A DNA stretch of 64,000 nt from Bacteroidales bacterium (GCA_025454795.1 JALONT010000012.1:6569-70568); one strand, 5' to 3'. Positions 26,502-36,118 are shown, counted from the stretch's first letter. Notes: a model not told the origin generated them from the sequence alone. Program-made: numbers and translations.

Positions 26502-26648
26502 TTCTTTGATTGCCCTAAAGGGGACTTATTGATATACAACTACTTAGATTACCCCTTTTAGAGCCTGTCCCGCTTCGGCGGGAGGGAAGGGGGCAAGTCT
26601 GAGGCTTTTGAGATGGCCTCATCCTGGTAATTAATTTGTATGAATAAT

Positions 26649-27008
26649 TTAAGCCTGGGTCTCTTTTGGCTTACCAGCGGGTCCGATATATTTTGAATCA
26701 CCCAGACCAAGAATCGGAAAGAAAATAAATGAGAGAAGAATCAGTCCGATTGTAAATCCTGCACTATGACCAAAACTTTTTGACAGCAAGTTGATCATCC
26801 AGATTATAATTACGAAGTTCACAACAGGAATTAGCATCAACAATAGCCACCACCACGGCTTACCGACTATCTCCAGCAGAATTATTATGTTGTAGATTGG
26901 AATAAGACATGCCCAACCAGGTTTCTGAGCTTTGGTGAAAATTTTCCACATTGAAACAATCATCAGAACAAAGAGAGCCACGTTGATACCGATAAGAGAT
27001 CCATTCAT
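26649..27008 (-). CDS. small membrane protein, DUF5684-like
   Basis: KAQKPGWACLIPIYNIIILLEIVGKPWWW matches my memory of the DUF5684 signature; 3-4 TM helices. Confidence 0.65.
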   Translation of the reverse strand: MNGSLIGINVALFVLMIVSMWKIFTKAQKPGWACLIPIYNIIILLEIVGKPWWWLLLMLIPVVNFVIIIWMINLLSKSFGHSAGFTIGLILLSFIFFPILGLGDSKYIGPAGKPKETQA

Positions 27009-27139
27009 GTCATTAAAATATTAGAAAGTCCTACTCATAAGGCTTTTCAGTTACGCCCCGTTTTTATGGTGGTCACTGGTCTCCACCCAAATTCAAATTT
27101 AAACTATTCTAAGAAAAAAACAATTATATCTCAATTAAA

Positions 27140-29356
27140 CTATTTCATTACACCTTTTGCCAGTAATAATTCAATCCTGTCAACCTTTTCCTGAAGCGTC
27201 TGAAGTTGTGATTTGAGATTATCGTTTTCTGATTTATAGGATCCGATCTGCTGTTGCTGTTCTTTAAAAGCTTGCAACAATATTACCGATATTTTGCTAT
27301 AGTCGATTGATAAAAATCCCCGACCATCCTTCTGGACAAGTTCCGGAAGTACTTCCTGTACCTCCTGTGCAATTACTCCGATCTGACGACCCTCAGGATG
27401 TGTATTTTTATCTTTGAAATAAAAATACACAGGGTTGATCTTTTCAATCAGTACGGTTCCATTTGATATGGACACAATATTTTCTTTTAATCTGAAATCA
27501 GAATTTTGGGCTAGGATGCCTGCAATCGTCATATTACCATTTTTATAAAGAGTGAGAGCATTTGATGCATCTCCTCCGTTTCCATTTCCAGCAACAAATA
27601 ATGGATCAGAAGGTACCCAGGAAAATGATGAAGTACAAGTTGTGTCGTTATAACTTCCAATAGCAACTGAAGCATAAGATTTGGCATTTGTATTCCAGCC
27701 CATTGCAGTAGAAGACCCTCCGTTTGCTTTAGTTCCAAATCCCGTTGCTAATGCAAAATCTCTGGTTGCAGATGAATGGTAACCCATGGCTATTGAGCCA
27801 TATGCTTTTGCATATGCATTATAACCCATTGCTATTGAATAGCTTCCGGATGCAGAAGACCATATTCCCATGGCAAGAGAGGATGTACCACTTGCAATAC
27901 AGGAACGACCTATAGAAATCGCTTCAGTGCCCGTAGCATAAGTATGAAGCCCCATTGCAGTCGAAAATTCACCGACTGCATTTGTATAATAACCTATTGC
28001 TGTTGAAAAATCTCCTATGGCTGAATCAGCTATCCCAATGCTAAATGACCCCTTGCCAATGGATTTGGATCCTTGTCCGATTGCAAAAGAGTAATTACCC
28101 GAAGCCGTGGCAACATCTGTGGCATAACCCGAATTATCAACTCCTGCACTACCCAATGCGAAACTTCGATATCCACTGGCAATAGCACCTCTGCCAAAGG
28201 CATAACTTTCTTCGTTTACTGCCCTTGCACTTTCGCCAAATGCAAAAGAATTTATTTTGTTTGCAACCGCATTCTTCCCTATTGCTGTTGAATAGTCTCC
28301 CCTTGCAATCGCTTTATACCCCATTGCCTGTGAATATTTACCTTTTGCTTTTGATTCAAAACCCGAAGCAAATGAGTTTACTCCCACACTGTCTTTATTC
28401 TCAATTAGTACCTTCCCTGTCATGAAAGCATTTTTTTGCGGGTACCAGAGTATCCTGTTCTGTGATGGTTTGATAATACCTGTGGTATCAATTGCAACAT
28501 TAAAAAAGTTCTGAATTCCATTTTTTGACATATCATAGCTGCCCACAGCAAAGCCTCCCTTTTTGCCTTTTGTCAAAGGATTATTGTCAATATAAATCCT
28601 TACACTGTCTTCACTCACATCAAGATAATTCTGAACAAGTCCCTTTGACATATCATAACCTCCAACCGCAAAACCACCTTTTTTTGCTTTGGTCAATGGA
28701 TTGCTGTCAAGATACATCCTGATGCTGTCCTTCGAAACCACCAGATATTTCTGTGATTCAGCTTTCCCTTCGCCAAAGCTACCCACAGCAAAGCCACCTT
28801 TTTTCCCTTTCGCTCCATCTGCGACATATACTCTTACTCCTTCAGGATAAACAGCAAAAACAGTCTGTCCAATCTTGTTTCTCACCTCGAATAATGCCGA
28901 ATCAACCGATGATTCTGATCCCCTGATGCCAAGTCTTTCTATCGGTCCCTCTACATCTTTTGCGACAAGTGAATATGGAACTGATAAAATCGGGGCAGTA
29001 CCCATTTCTGTTACTGTTCCGACAGGGTATTCAACAGTCGTTTTCAGGTAAAGAGGCTGTGCTTTCCAGTCGATCAGATCGAATGATGCAACGCCTGAAA
29101 CATATGTACCCGAACCCACAGCAAAGGAGACAAGTCCAAACTGGTTTGATGTAACATTATGATATTCTTCCCAGAGTACTATCCCGCCAGTAAGAGCTGT
29201 TTTTATTGCAACTGTCACCTTAAGCGGCTTATCCTTGAGAACTTCACCTGCAGTGTTTCGGACAATAGCCTGATAGTTAAAGCCCTGAGGGATCTGAGAA
29301 GACAAAAGATAAAAGACAAAAGATAAAAGTACCGAGAGGAGGAATTTCTTTTTCAT
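27140..29356 (-). CDS. surface protein with YadA-head-like (Hep_Hag) repeats and a C-terminal tail-fibre intramolecular chaperone (peptidase S74) domain
   Basis: Signal peptide. Three ~38-aa tandem repeats (KKGGFAVG...NPLTK). Many SxAxG / YSxAMG head-type repeats. C-terminal SDFRLKENI...GVIAQEVQEVLPELV...IDYSKI followed by a coiled coil. Confidence 0.75.
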   Translation of the reverse strand: MKKKFLLSVLLSFVFYLLSSQIPQGFNYQAIVRNTAGEVLKDKPLKVTVAIKTALTGGIVLWEEYHNVTSNQFGLVSFAVGSGTYVSGVASFDLIDWKAQPLYLKTTVEYPVGTVTEMGTAPILSVPYSLVAKDVEGPIERLGIRGSESSVDSALFEVRNKIGQTVFAVYPEGVRVYVADGAKGKKGGFAVGSFGEGKAESQKYLVVSKDSIRMYLDSNPLTKAKKGGFAVGGYDMSKGLVQNYLDVSEDSVRIYIDNNPLTKGKKGGFAVGSYDMSKNGIQNFFNVAIDTTGIIKPSQNRILWYPQKNAFMTGKVLIENKDSVGVNSFASGFESKAKGKYSQAMGYKAIARGDYSTAIGKNAVANKINSFAFGESARAVNEESYAFGRGAIASGYRSFALGSAGVDNSGYATDVATASGNYSFAIGQGSKSIGKGSFSIGIADSAIGDFSTAIGYYTNAVGEFSTAMGLHTYATGTEAISIGRSCIASGTSSLAMGIWSSASGSYSIAMGYNAYAKAYGSIAMGYHSSATRDFALATGFGTKANGGSSTAMGWNTNAKSYASVAIGSYNDTTCTSSFSWVPSDPLFVAGNGNGGDASNALTLYKNGNMTIAGILAQNSDFRLKENIVSISNGTVLIEKINPVYFYFKDKNTHPEGRQIGVIAQEVQEVLPELVQKDGRGFLSIDYSKISVILLQAFKEQQQQIGSYKSENDNLKSQLQTLQEKVDRIELLLAKGVMK

Positions 29357-29740
29357 ACCAATAGGTTTTAGAACTTTGGAAACGAGATAATTATATGAAA
29401 GTTAGGACTAAAAGTAATACAAGTCAACTTTTTTTGACGAATACAAGAATATTGAGGAGATGAGAACTGAATCTACGGATAATCCTAAGTTATAAGTAGA
29501 TATCTTTCAGTAGAACCTGTAATAAGTTAACATCTAATAAAATGCAGCGTAACTCAACTTTCCACTATGATTTTAAAATATATTATTTAATAAGTTATGC
29601 CTCTTATCACGAAGACTTCTTTAACCTCTACAGTAGATTCAATGCCATCTACAGGCACTTACTCTCTTTTGGTAATACAAGTCTATATGAAAAGGAGAAA
29701 GGGCGGGGGTAAGGATTAAAAAGTGTATAACCAGTTTTGT

Positions 29741-29781
29741 AAAATAAAAAATCCCATTGTATCTGATTCATTTACAACAGG
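29741..29781 (-). terminator. Rho-independent terminator of tRNA-Glu
   Basis: On the minus strand, a CCTGTTGTA / TACAATGGG stem (9 bp including two G:U pairs), an 11-nt loop, then ATTTTTTATTTT. Confidence 0.6.
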
Positions 29782-29793
29782 ATCTGAAAAAAT

Positions 29794-29868
29794 TGGTAGT
29801 CCATAGGGGAATCGAACCCCTGTTACCAGGATGAAAACCTGACGTCCTAGCCACTAGACGAATGGACC
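29794..29868 (-). tRNA. tRNA-Glu (anticodon UUC), CCA encoded
   Basis: Hand-folded: acceptor GGTCCAT/ATGGACT, D-arm GTCT-AGTGGCTA-GGAC, anticodon loop TTTTCAT, T-arm AGGGG-TTCGATT-CCCCT, 3' ACCA. Confidence 0.9.
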
Positions 29869-30020
29869 ATGTAAAGAACTTTAAAATGCGGATGCAAAGA
29901 AAGTATGTTTTTTTTGATATGCAAAACTTTTCGTTGGAAAAACTTGATTCAAACTGTATAATATTACAGTTTATCGCAAAGCTTGATGTACAGCATGAGA
30001 ATATCCTGGATTATTTTAAC

Positions 30021-30090
30021 CCGCACACCGCATGCCGCAGACCGCATGCCGCAGACCGCATGCCGCAGACCGCATGCCGCATACCGAATT
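30021..30090. repeat. heptamer array, 10 in-phase 7-bp units CCGCAYR (14-bp super-unit CCGCATGCCGCAGA)
   Basis: Units parsed by hand from 30021. Read in the sense of the adjacent minus-strand gene, the array is NNTGCGG x9 starting 4 nt after its TGA. Confidence 0.9.
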
Positions 30091-30091
30091 C

Positions 30092-30562
30092 TCAGAAAAC
30101 ATACCTGATAGAAAGGGCGCCGTTGATTCCTCCCCAACCTGTATCCCCAATTAGATTTACCGTGGGCAGCAGATCAAGAGATAAGTTAACAGGGAATTCA
30201 TCAAAAGTATATTCAAGCCCGAGTATACCATCAATACCAAGGACTGATCCCACATAAGTCGCATTAACATTGGGATTTCTTCCGGTATCCCAGAATCCGG
30301 CATGAGCGCCAACACCCCAGAACCAGTTCAATGCCGGGTATTCTCCTGTCCAGTGCTCATTCTCATAAAGACCTGTAATAACAAATCCACCCCAGCTGCT
30401 GGCAAGTGTCCCTTCCAGTGCATTTGTTTTTGAAATGAAATGCTTAAGTGTCAACCCGTAAGGAATCCCTACCCTGAGTCCCAGGCTGGTCCTGTAATCC
30501 TGTCCGTTTGAAAGAACACTTAGCCCGATAGTTAAAATAAAAAGTAAAATTGTCCTTTTCAT
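30092..30562 (-). CDS. small outer-membrane beta-barrel protein
   Basis: Start at MKRTILLF (ATG at 30562), signal peptide, alternating amphipathic strands rich in G/Y/W, and a C-terminal beta-signal ending ...SIRYVF. Confidence 0.65.
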   Translation of the reverse strand: MKRTILLFILTIGLSVLSNGQDYRTSLGLRVGIPYGLTLKHFISKTNALEGTLASSWGGFVITGLYENEHWTGEYPALNWFWGVGAHAGFWDTGRNPNVNATYVGSVLGIDGILGLEYTFDEFPVNLSLDLLPTVNLIGDTGWGGINGALSIRYVF

Positions 30563-30670
30563 CCGTATATAATTTATTTTTAAAGGTCGGATGGAACCAC
30601 ACATGATTGAAATAGAATTATTTTCATACTTGTTTGTGATTGGTATCAATCATGTGGGTTTCATATCCTT

Positions 30671-32035
30671 TTATTTAATCTTTAATAATCCCTCTGACAG
30701 CGATTTTAAGTTGCATCCGTCATAATCTCCGGAACTCATAAACAGGTAAACCGGATTCCTGAAATTTTGTTGCCTGATAAACGAAAACATTTCATCTGAA
30801 TTGTCATAAACCTTAATATTGCCTTTCCCGAATGCTTTCTTTACATCTTCTGATGACAGGTCCGGAAGTCTTTTTAACCTTAAGGCATGAGGATTAAAGT
30901 ATACAATTGCTGACGTTGCTTTTTCGAGAGTTCCATCATAAAGAGGAAGAAAACCGGGACTCAGGCTTGAATAGGTATGCAACTCCAGGACGGCAACAAT
31001 ATCTCTCCCGGGATACCTGGAAACGATGGCTTCCAAGGTAGCTCTTACTTTTGATGGGGAATGGGCGAAATCGAGATATGCTACTCCGTTTTCATTTTCA
31101 TTTAGCTTCTGAAGCCTTTTGGAAGTACCCTCAAAGCTCCGGACAGCCTGGTAAAAATCATCCTCTGATACTCCCGAAATAATACAGGCTTCCCTGGCGG
31201 CAGAAAGATTCTGCATATTATGCTCTCCGAATATCTTTACCGGGACTACCCGGTTATGTGTTGCAGCAAAGAAACCGGTCTTATTCTGAAAATAACCATG
31301 AACTTTATAAGGGATCTTTCTGATCTTTTTTTCTGTAGCGAGTGCAAGTTTTCTGACTTCAGGATCACCATCAAAAAATATCAGATACCCGCCTTCAGTG
31401 ATCTTTTCGATGAATATCCTGAACTGATCTATGTAATTCTCAAATGTCGGGAATACATTCATGTGATCCCAGGCAATACCATTAAGGATTGCAATATCAG
31501 GCATGTAAAGATGAAACTTGGGTCTCTTGTCGAGGACGGAGGTGAGATATTCATCGCCTTCAAGAACAGCGATCTGAGCATTGTCAGATAGCCCGACCAT
31601 TGTTTCATAGCCGTCGATTGAGGATCCTACCATATAGTCAAACCTTATCCCGAGGAATTTGAAGACATGCATTATAATTGCCGTCGTTGTAGTCTTTCCA
31701 TGGCTTCCGGCAACTACTATCCTCTTTTTATTTTTTGTTTGCTCGTAAATGTATTCAGGGAATGACATTATTCTGATTCCCAGTTCACGGGCCTTTAGAA
31801 GTTCAGGATTATCCTCTTTGGCGTGCATTCCGAGAATAATCGTATCGATATTATTTGAAATACGCGAAACATCCCATCCCTGCGCAGAAGGCAAAAGACC
31901 ATATTGTTCCAGCCTCGATCTTGAAGGTTCGAATATCTCATCATCAGAGCCAGTGACTGTATATCCTTTTTTATGAAGGGCAATTGCAAGGTTATGCATT
32001 ACCGCTCCACCAACAGCTATGAAATGTACCCTCAT
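30671..32035 (-). CDS. mpl: Mur-ligase family enzyme, Mpl-type (UDP-N-acetylmuramate:L-alanyl-gamma-D-glutamyl-meso-DAP ligase)
   Basis: MRVHFIAVGGAVMHNLA Rossmann N-terminus, GSHGKTTTT P-loop, and collinearity with E. coli Mpl. Confidence 0.75.
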   Translation of the reverse strand: MRVHFIAVGGAVMHNLAIALHKKGYTVTGSDDEIFEPSRSRLEQYGLLPSAQGWDVSRISNNIDTIILGMHAKEDNPELLKARELGIRIMSFPEYIYEQTKNKKRIVVAGSHGKTTTTAIIMHVFKFLGIRFDYMVGSSIDGYETMVGLSDNAQIAVLEGDEYLTSVLDKRPKFHLYMPDIAILNGIAWDHMNVFPTFENYIDQFRIFIEKITEGGYLIFFDGDPEVRKLALATEKKIRKIPYKVHGYFQNKTGFFAATHNRVVPVKIFGEHNMQNLSAAREACIISGVSEDDFYQAVRSFEGTSKRLQKLNENENGVAYLDFAHSPSKVRATLEAIVSRYPGRDIVAVLELHTYSSLSPGFLPLYDGTLEKATSAIVYFNPHALRLKRLPDLSSEDVKKAFGKGNIKVYDNSDEMFSFIRQQNFRNPVYLFMSSGDYDGCNLKSLSEGLLKIK

Positions 32036-32041
32036 GAAATA

Positions 32042-33928
32042 CTATTTAACGATACTTTTCGGCCAGTCTGAAATATTTTTAGCTGATACAACACTATTCT
32101 CAATAGCTCCATCCGGAAGAAGAAGTACAGTAAGATTTGCAGTGGAATTTGCCGGAACGACAACTTCGAAACCAACCATTGTGGTTCCCGGGTTTGCTGC
32201 ATCATAGCTGTTAGGCGAAACGGTGTTCCAGATTTTCAAAGAGATTGTTCCGGGTTCTACAACTTTCAGGATAAGTTTTTTATTGTTTTTGAAAAGTTCA
32301 GCACTGTTGTTTCCTGTAATTGTTACCAAAGCAGATGTTACCATATTCCATCTGATAGTTGTTTCAGATGTTAGCGTTTCCACCTCATCACGGACCATTA
32401 CGTACTGTTTGTCAACGATGGCTATCCCCCTTACTGTTTTTTTAAGCTGCCCGTCATATAGGGTGGACAGATCAGTAACGGCAGTAAGCATATCAGTCTG
32501 ATCATAATATCCTGTTATGCTGGCTTTTCCGGAAACCCTCTGATACTGACCATTAACTGTTAATGTATTATGAGCCAGGTTATTATATCTGAAGACGTCC
32601 CATCTTTCCGAATACTGCGCCATGTTCCAAAGGTCAACACCTGCCTGTTCCAGTGAATTGTAGTCCTGCGACCCGAAATCCATTGCCCAGCGTTCTCCGT
32701 TTGCGTCCATAACAAATGATCCGACATCCATGTGTGCATGATTTGCAGATGGAGATCCTGCTTTCAGTCCGACATATATTGCATTCTTATCTGCCCACGA
32801 TGTACGCATCAGGGCAACAGGATTTTTTCCCTGGCCGACCCAGATTCTTTCAGGGGGAGCTGAAATCTCGTTAATAGTAAGTCCCTCACACCAGATCAAG
32901 AGTGCAGGTAAAAGCCGGTCATCCGGAAGCGATTTATTTAAAAGCTGATATTTGTCTGACCATAATATTGATGGATCATCAAGTATATTACCAAACCAGA
33001 ACATCGCAGGATCCATATTGGCACTTGTTCCACAATCGGAATAATTAAAGGGAACTCCTGTGGGACCAGTCATATTTTCAAGATACCGTGCTGTCTTTAA
33101 AAATCCCTCTGTTATTCCCAGGTCATATTTATCTCCGAATGCTTTTTCCATTGCACTGATGAACATTACATGAAAGCTGGTTCCGTAACCCCAGTATCCA
33201 AAACCTTCAGGATAAGCACCGTCAGGATCATAATCTCCCATAGGAAGTTTGATTGAGGTGACAGCCCGGTCAATTATCTGCAGCGCCAACTCTTTTTCAT
33301 CTTCATAAACAGCCAGTGCCCCGAAAGTCATTCCTGCATTACACACCTGGTTCCAGTTATTTGTTCGGGTTGTCCACCCATTGTTGGCCGGAAGAAGAGA
33401 AGGTTTTAATCCCTTTTCCACAATAGCTGTCTTGATAATATTCCGTGATTCTTCTGATAATTTATCGTATAGCCAGTCGTACCCGATTGCAGCGGCCATT
33501 GTCATTTCAGCGACATCAAGAAAATGTGAAGGATTCCAGTCGCTGAAGGCAGAAACTGCAAGCATCTCCTGCTCAGCCCTTTCCAGGTATCTGACATCAG
33601 AGGTCATTCGCCATGCATACGACAGGTAAAATATCCTTCTGAGAGCTTCCCTTGATTTGCTGAGAAGTCTTCTTCCTGTGAGTACCCTTTCCACAGGAGG
33701 CTCTTTAACAATTTTATTACATTCATAAATTATAAAACTGCTTACAGATCCCCATTTATTTTCAGATGAAAGAGTTTTCCTGACAGCTGCCTCTTCTCCT
33801 TCAAGCAGGAGGATCCTGGGATGTTGTGGAGGTATCTCCGCTATAACAGGATTTTTAGTTTTTTCACAGGAAAAGGAAGAGATTAAAATAAATGTCACTC
33901 CAAATAAAAGAATAAAATATCTATTCAT
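32042..33928 (-). CDS. heparinase II/III family protein (secreted)
   Basis: Signal peptide, an alpha/alpha toroid-like N-terminal half, and NHAHMDVGSFVMDANGERWAMDFG typical for heparinase II/III-like proteins. Confidence 0.8.
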   Translation of the reverse strand: MNRYFILLFGVTFILISSFSCEKTKNPVIAEIPPQHPRILLLEGEEAAVRKTLSSENKWGSVSSFIIYECNKIVKEPPVERVLTGRRLLSKSREALRRIFYLSYAWRMTSDVRYLERAEQEMLAVSAFSDWNPSHFLDVAEMTMAAAIGYDWLYDKLSEESRNIIKTAIVEKGLKPSLLPANNGWTTRTNNWNQVCNAGMTFGALAVYEDEKELALQIIDRAVTSIKLPMGDYDPDGAYPEGFGYWGYGTSFHVMFISAMEKAFGDKYDLGITEGFLKTARYLENMTGPTGVPFNYSDCGTSANMDPAMFWFGNILDDPSILWSDKYQLLNKSLPDDRLLPALLIWCEGLTINEISAPPERIWVGQGKNPVALMRTSWADKNAIYVGLKAGSPSANHAHMDVGSFVMDANGERWAMDFGSQDYNSLEQAGVDLWNMAQYSERWDVFRYNNLAHNTLTVNGQYQRVSGKASITGYYDQTDMLTAVTDLSTLYDGQLKKTVRGIAIVDKQYVMVRDEVETLTSETTIRWNMVTSALVTITGNNSAELFKNNKKLILKVVEPGTISLKIWNTVSPNSYDAANPGTTMVGFEVVVPANSTANLTVLLLPDGAIENSVVSAKNISDWPKSIVK

Positions 33929-33998
33929 AAAGGATATTTTGATTTGATCTGCAAATTAATACAAATATTCAAACAATCCGGCTGATCTTTTAAACTCT

Positions 33999-34006
33999 TA
34001 TATTTG
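33999..34006 (+). promoter_or_regulatory. -7 box TATATTTG (TAnnTTTG) for the PLD-family gene
   Basis: Exact consensus 28 nt before the ATG at 34035. Confidence 0.4.
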
Positions 34007-34034
34007 TACCAGGGAAATAGTCCAGGAGATCAAT

Positions 34035-35222
34035 ATGAAAATCCGGTCGGACCAATATGAATACAGAAACGGGCATCAGGTGGAGCTGCTTCAGAGCGGT
34101 GAATCCTTTTTTGCATCTGTTGAAAAAGTCATTGATGAGGCAGAACATTTTATTCATTTTCAGACATATATAGTCGATGAGGATAAAACAGGTATAAGAA
34201 TCATTAATGCGCTTATACGGGCAGCAAAAAGAGGTGTCAGAACATATCTTCTGCTCGATGCCTTTGGTACCGGCTATCTTTCCAAATCCTTCATCGACAG
34301 CATTGAGAATTCCGGAATTCTTTTCCGTTTCTTTTCTCCGACTTTTACTACAAAAGGATTCCAGCTTAGCTTAAGGCTACATTCCAAAGTGATAATGGCC
34401 GATGGAATAGTCGCAATAATTGGCGGAATGAATTTTGCAAACCGATACCATGGCACTACCGGAAAGAAAGAGTGGCTAGACTTTGCTGTTAAGGTAAGAG
34501 GCCCGGAATGTGCTTATATACTTGATATTCTTAAGAAGCTCTGGAATAAAACCTTCATACCCAAAAATGAACGGTCACTTGAAAAGATCCTCAGACCGGT
34601 TTCCTATACTGATAATGTGAAGCTGAAAGTCCTTCAGAATAACTGGTACAGGAATAAGATCGAGATACTTAAAAGCTATCGTAATGCTTTTAAATCTTCT
34701 CAAAGCAGAATGATAATTTTTGCAAGTTATTTCCTCCCCGGGAGGAATGAGCGAAAACTTCTCAGAAACGCAAGCCTTCGTGGTGTTGATATTACAATTG
34801 TCCTGGCAGCACAATCAGATGCCCCTATGTTTGAGAGGGCTACCCATTTTCTTTATGATTTCATTTTGAGGAACAACATTAAGATATTTGAATACCTGCC
34901 TTCAAACCTTCATGCCAAGGTTGCAACCGTTGATGGAAAATGGAGTACCATTGGCAGCTATAATATGAACCACCTGAGCGATTATGCAAGTGTCGAAATT
35001 AATGTGGGGATACTTGATGAAGGCTTTACCCTTCAGTTTGAAGAAAGATTAAAGAACATAATAAGGAATGATTGCCGGCAGGTAACTTTTGATGAATTTA
35101 ACAGGCGCCGGACCTTGTTCTCCAGGTTCAGGGGCTGGTACTCATACCAGATGATAAGGCTGATGATGAGGATCATGTACCAGATGACATCGAAGAAGAA
35201 AAAATCTTATCAGGCTTTTTGA
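34035..35222 (+). CDS. phospholipase D / cardiolipin synthase family protein (ClsB-like)
   Basis: Two HKD motifs: HSKVIMADGIVAIIGGMN and HAKVATVDGKWSTIGSYN. Confidence 0.85.
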   Translation: MKIRSDQYEYRNGHQVELLQSGESFFASVEKVIDEAEHFIHFQTYIVDEDKTGIRIINALIRAAKRGVRTYLLLDAFGTGYLSKSFIDSIENSGILFRFFSPTFTTKGFQLSLRLHSKVIMADGIVAIIGGMNFANRYHGTTGKKEWLDFAVKVRGPECAYILDILKKLWNKTFIPKNERSLEKILRPVSYTDNVKLKVLQNNWYRNKIEILKSYRNAFKSSQSRMIIFASYFLPGRNERKLLRNASLRGVDITIVLAAQSDAPMFERATHFLYDFILRNNIKIFEYLPSNLHAKVATVDGKWSTIGSYNMNHLSDYASVEINVGILDEGFTLQFEERLKNIIRNDCRQVTFDEFNRRRTLFSRFRGWYSYQMIRLMMRIMYQMTSKKKKSYQAF

Positions 35223-35238
35223 ATTATAACCATTTACG

Positions 35239-36081
35239 ATGAAACTACATCTATTTAATATTGCCAATTTTAAAGTCGATGGAGGCGCTTTGTTCGGAGT
35301 TATCCCCAAGGCACTCTGGTCAAGGGCTTATCCCTCCGATGAAAATAACCTGGTTGTACTTACACTACGTTCCCTCGTTGTGGAAACAGATGGTCGTGTA
35401 ATCCTGGTCGATTCCGGCTGGGGAGACAAACAGGACGAGAAGTTTTTCCGTTACATTTACCAGCATAATGGAGAAGGACTTGTTAATGGCCTTAAGGTAA
35501 GAGGATATAATCCCGGAGATATTACGGATGTGGTACTGACCCATCTTCATGCCGACCATTGCGGAGGCTGCGTAAAGAAGAAACCAGAAAGCACCGGTTT
35601 TGAACTGGTATTCCCGGAAGCGGAATATCATGTAAGCAGATCTCAATGGGAATGGGCTTCGAAGAATAATCTCAGGGAAGAAGATGCTTTTCTTGAAGAG
35701 AATTATCTGCCCATTGGACAGAGCGGCAGACTTAACCTGGTAGATGAGGAGGATGAACTATTCCCGGGATTCTCGGTCAGGATCTGTTACGGGCATACAC
35801 CGGGGATGATGATCCCGGTGATAAAATACAAGGACAAAACACTGGTATATACAGGGGATCTCATCCCGACTGTTGCACACCTGCCTCTTATCTGGAACAT
35901 GAGCTACGATATTGAATCTCTTAAAACAATTGAAGAAAAAAAGAAGTTGCTCGACGAGGCACTTGAGAACAACTATACCCTTGTATTCCAGCATGATGTG
36001 CACATCGAGTGCTGTACACTCAGGATGACCCCAAAAGGTATCCGGGTCAATGAGAAGTTTAATTTTTCAGAGATAATTTAA
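35239..36081 (+). CDS. MBL-fold metallo-hydrolase
   Basis: THLHADHCGG metal-binding motif; 280 aa. Confidence 0.85.
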   Translation: MKLHLFNIANFKVDGGALFGVIPKALWSRAYPSDENNLVVLTLRSLVVETDGRVILVDSGWGDKQDEKFFRYIYQHNGEGLVNGLKVRGYNPGDITDVVLTHLHADHCGGCVKKKPESTGFELVFPEAEYHVSRSQWEWASKNNLREEDAFLEENYLPIGQSGRLNLVDEEDELFPGFSVRICYGHTPGMMIPVIKYKDKTLVYTGDLIPTVAHLPLIWNMSYDIESLKTIEEKKKLLDEALENNYTLVFQHDVHIECCTLRMTPKGIRVNEKFNFSEII

Positions 36082-36118
36082 TTGAAGAATTCATTGTTAA
36101 TTAATTAACACATACGCC

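Noticed and set aside
26277-26648. Riboswitch or ribosomal-protein leader upstream of rpsT
   Set aside because: A consensus -7 box sits at 26308-26315, only 31 nt from the rpsT ATG. The structured block (26476-26640) is therefore upstream of the promoter and not in the rpsT leader. No known riboswitch core motif was recognised.
27140-29868. Prophage remnant inserted at tRNA-Glu, given the tail-fibre-domain gene next to a tRNA
   Set aside because: There is no integrase, capsid, portal, terminase or baseplate gene, and no direct repeat of the tRNA 3' end. Only one fibre-like gene is present, so it is better read as a cellular adhesin.
29862-30257. 131-aa plus-strand ORF
   Set aside because: It starts inside tRNA-Glu, reads through the heptamer array (giving HTACRRPHAADRMPQTACR) and runs antisense to the OMP gene. 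It is not a credible gene.
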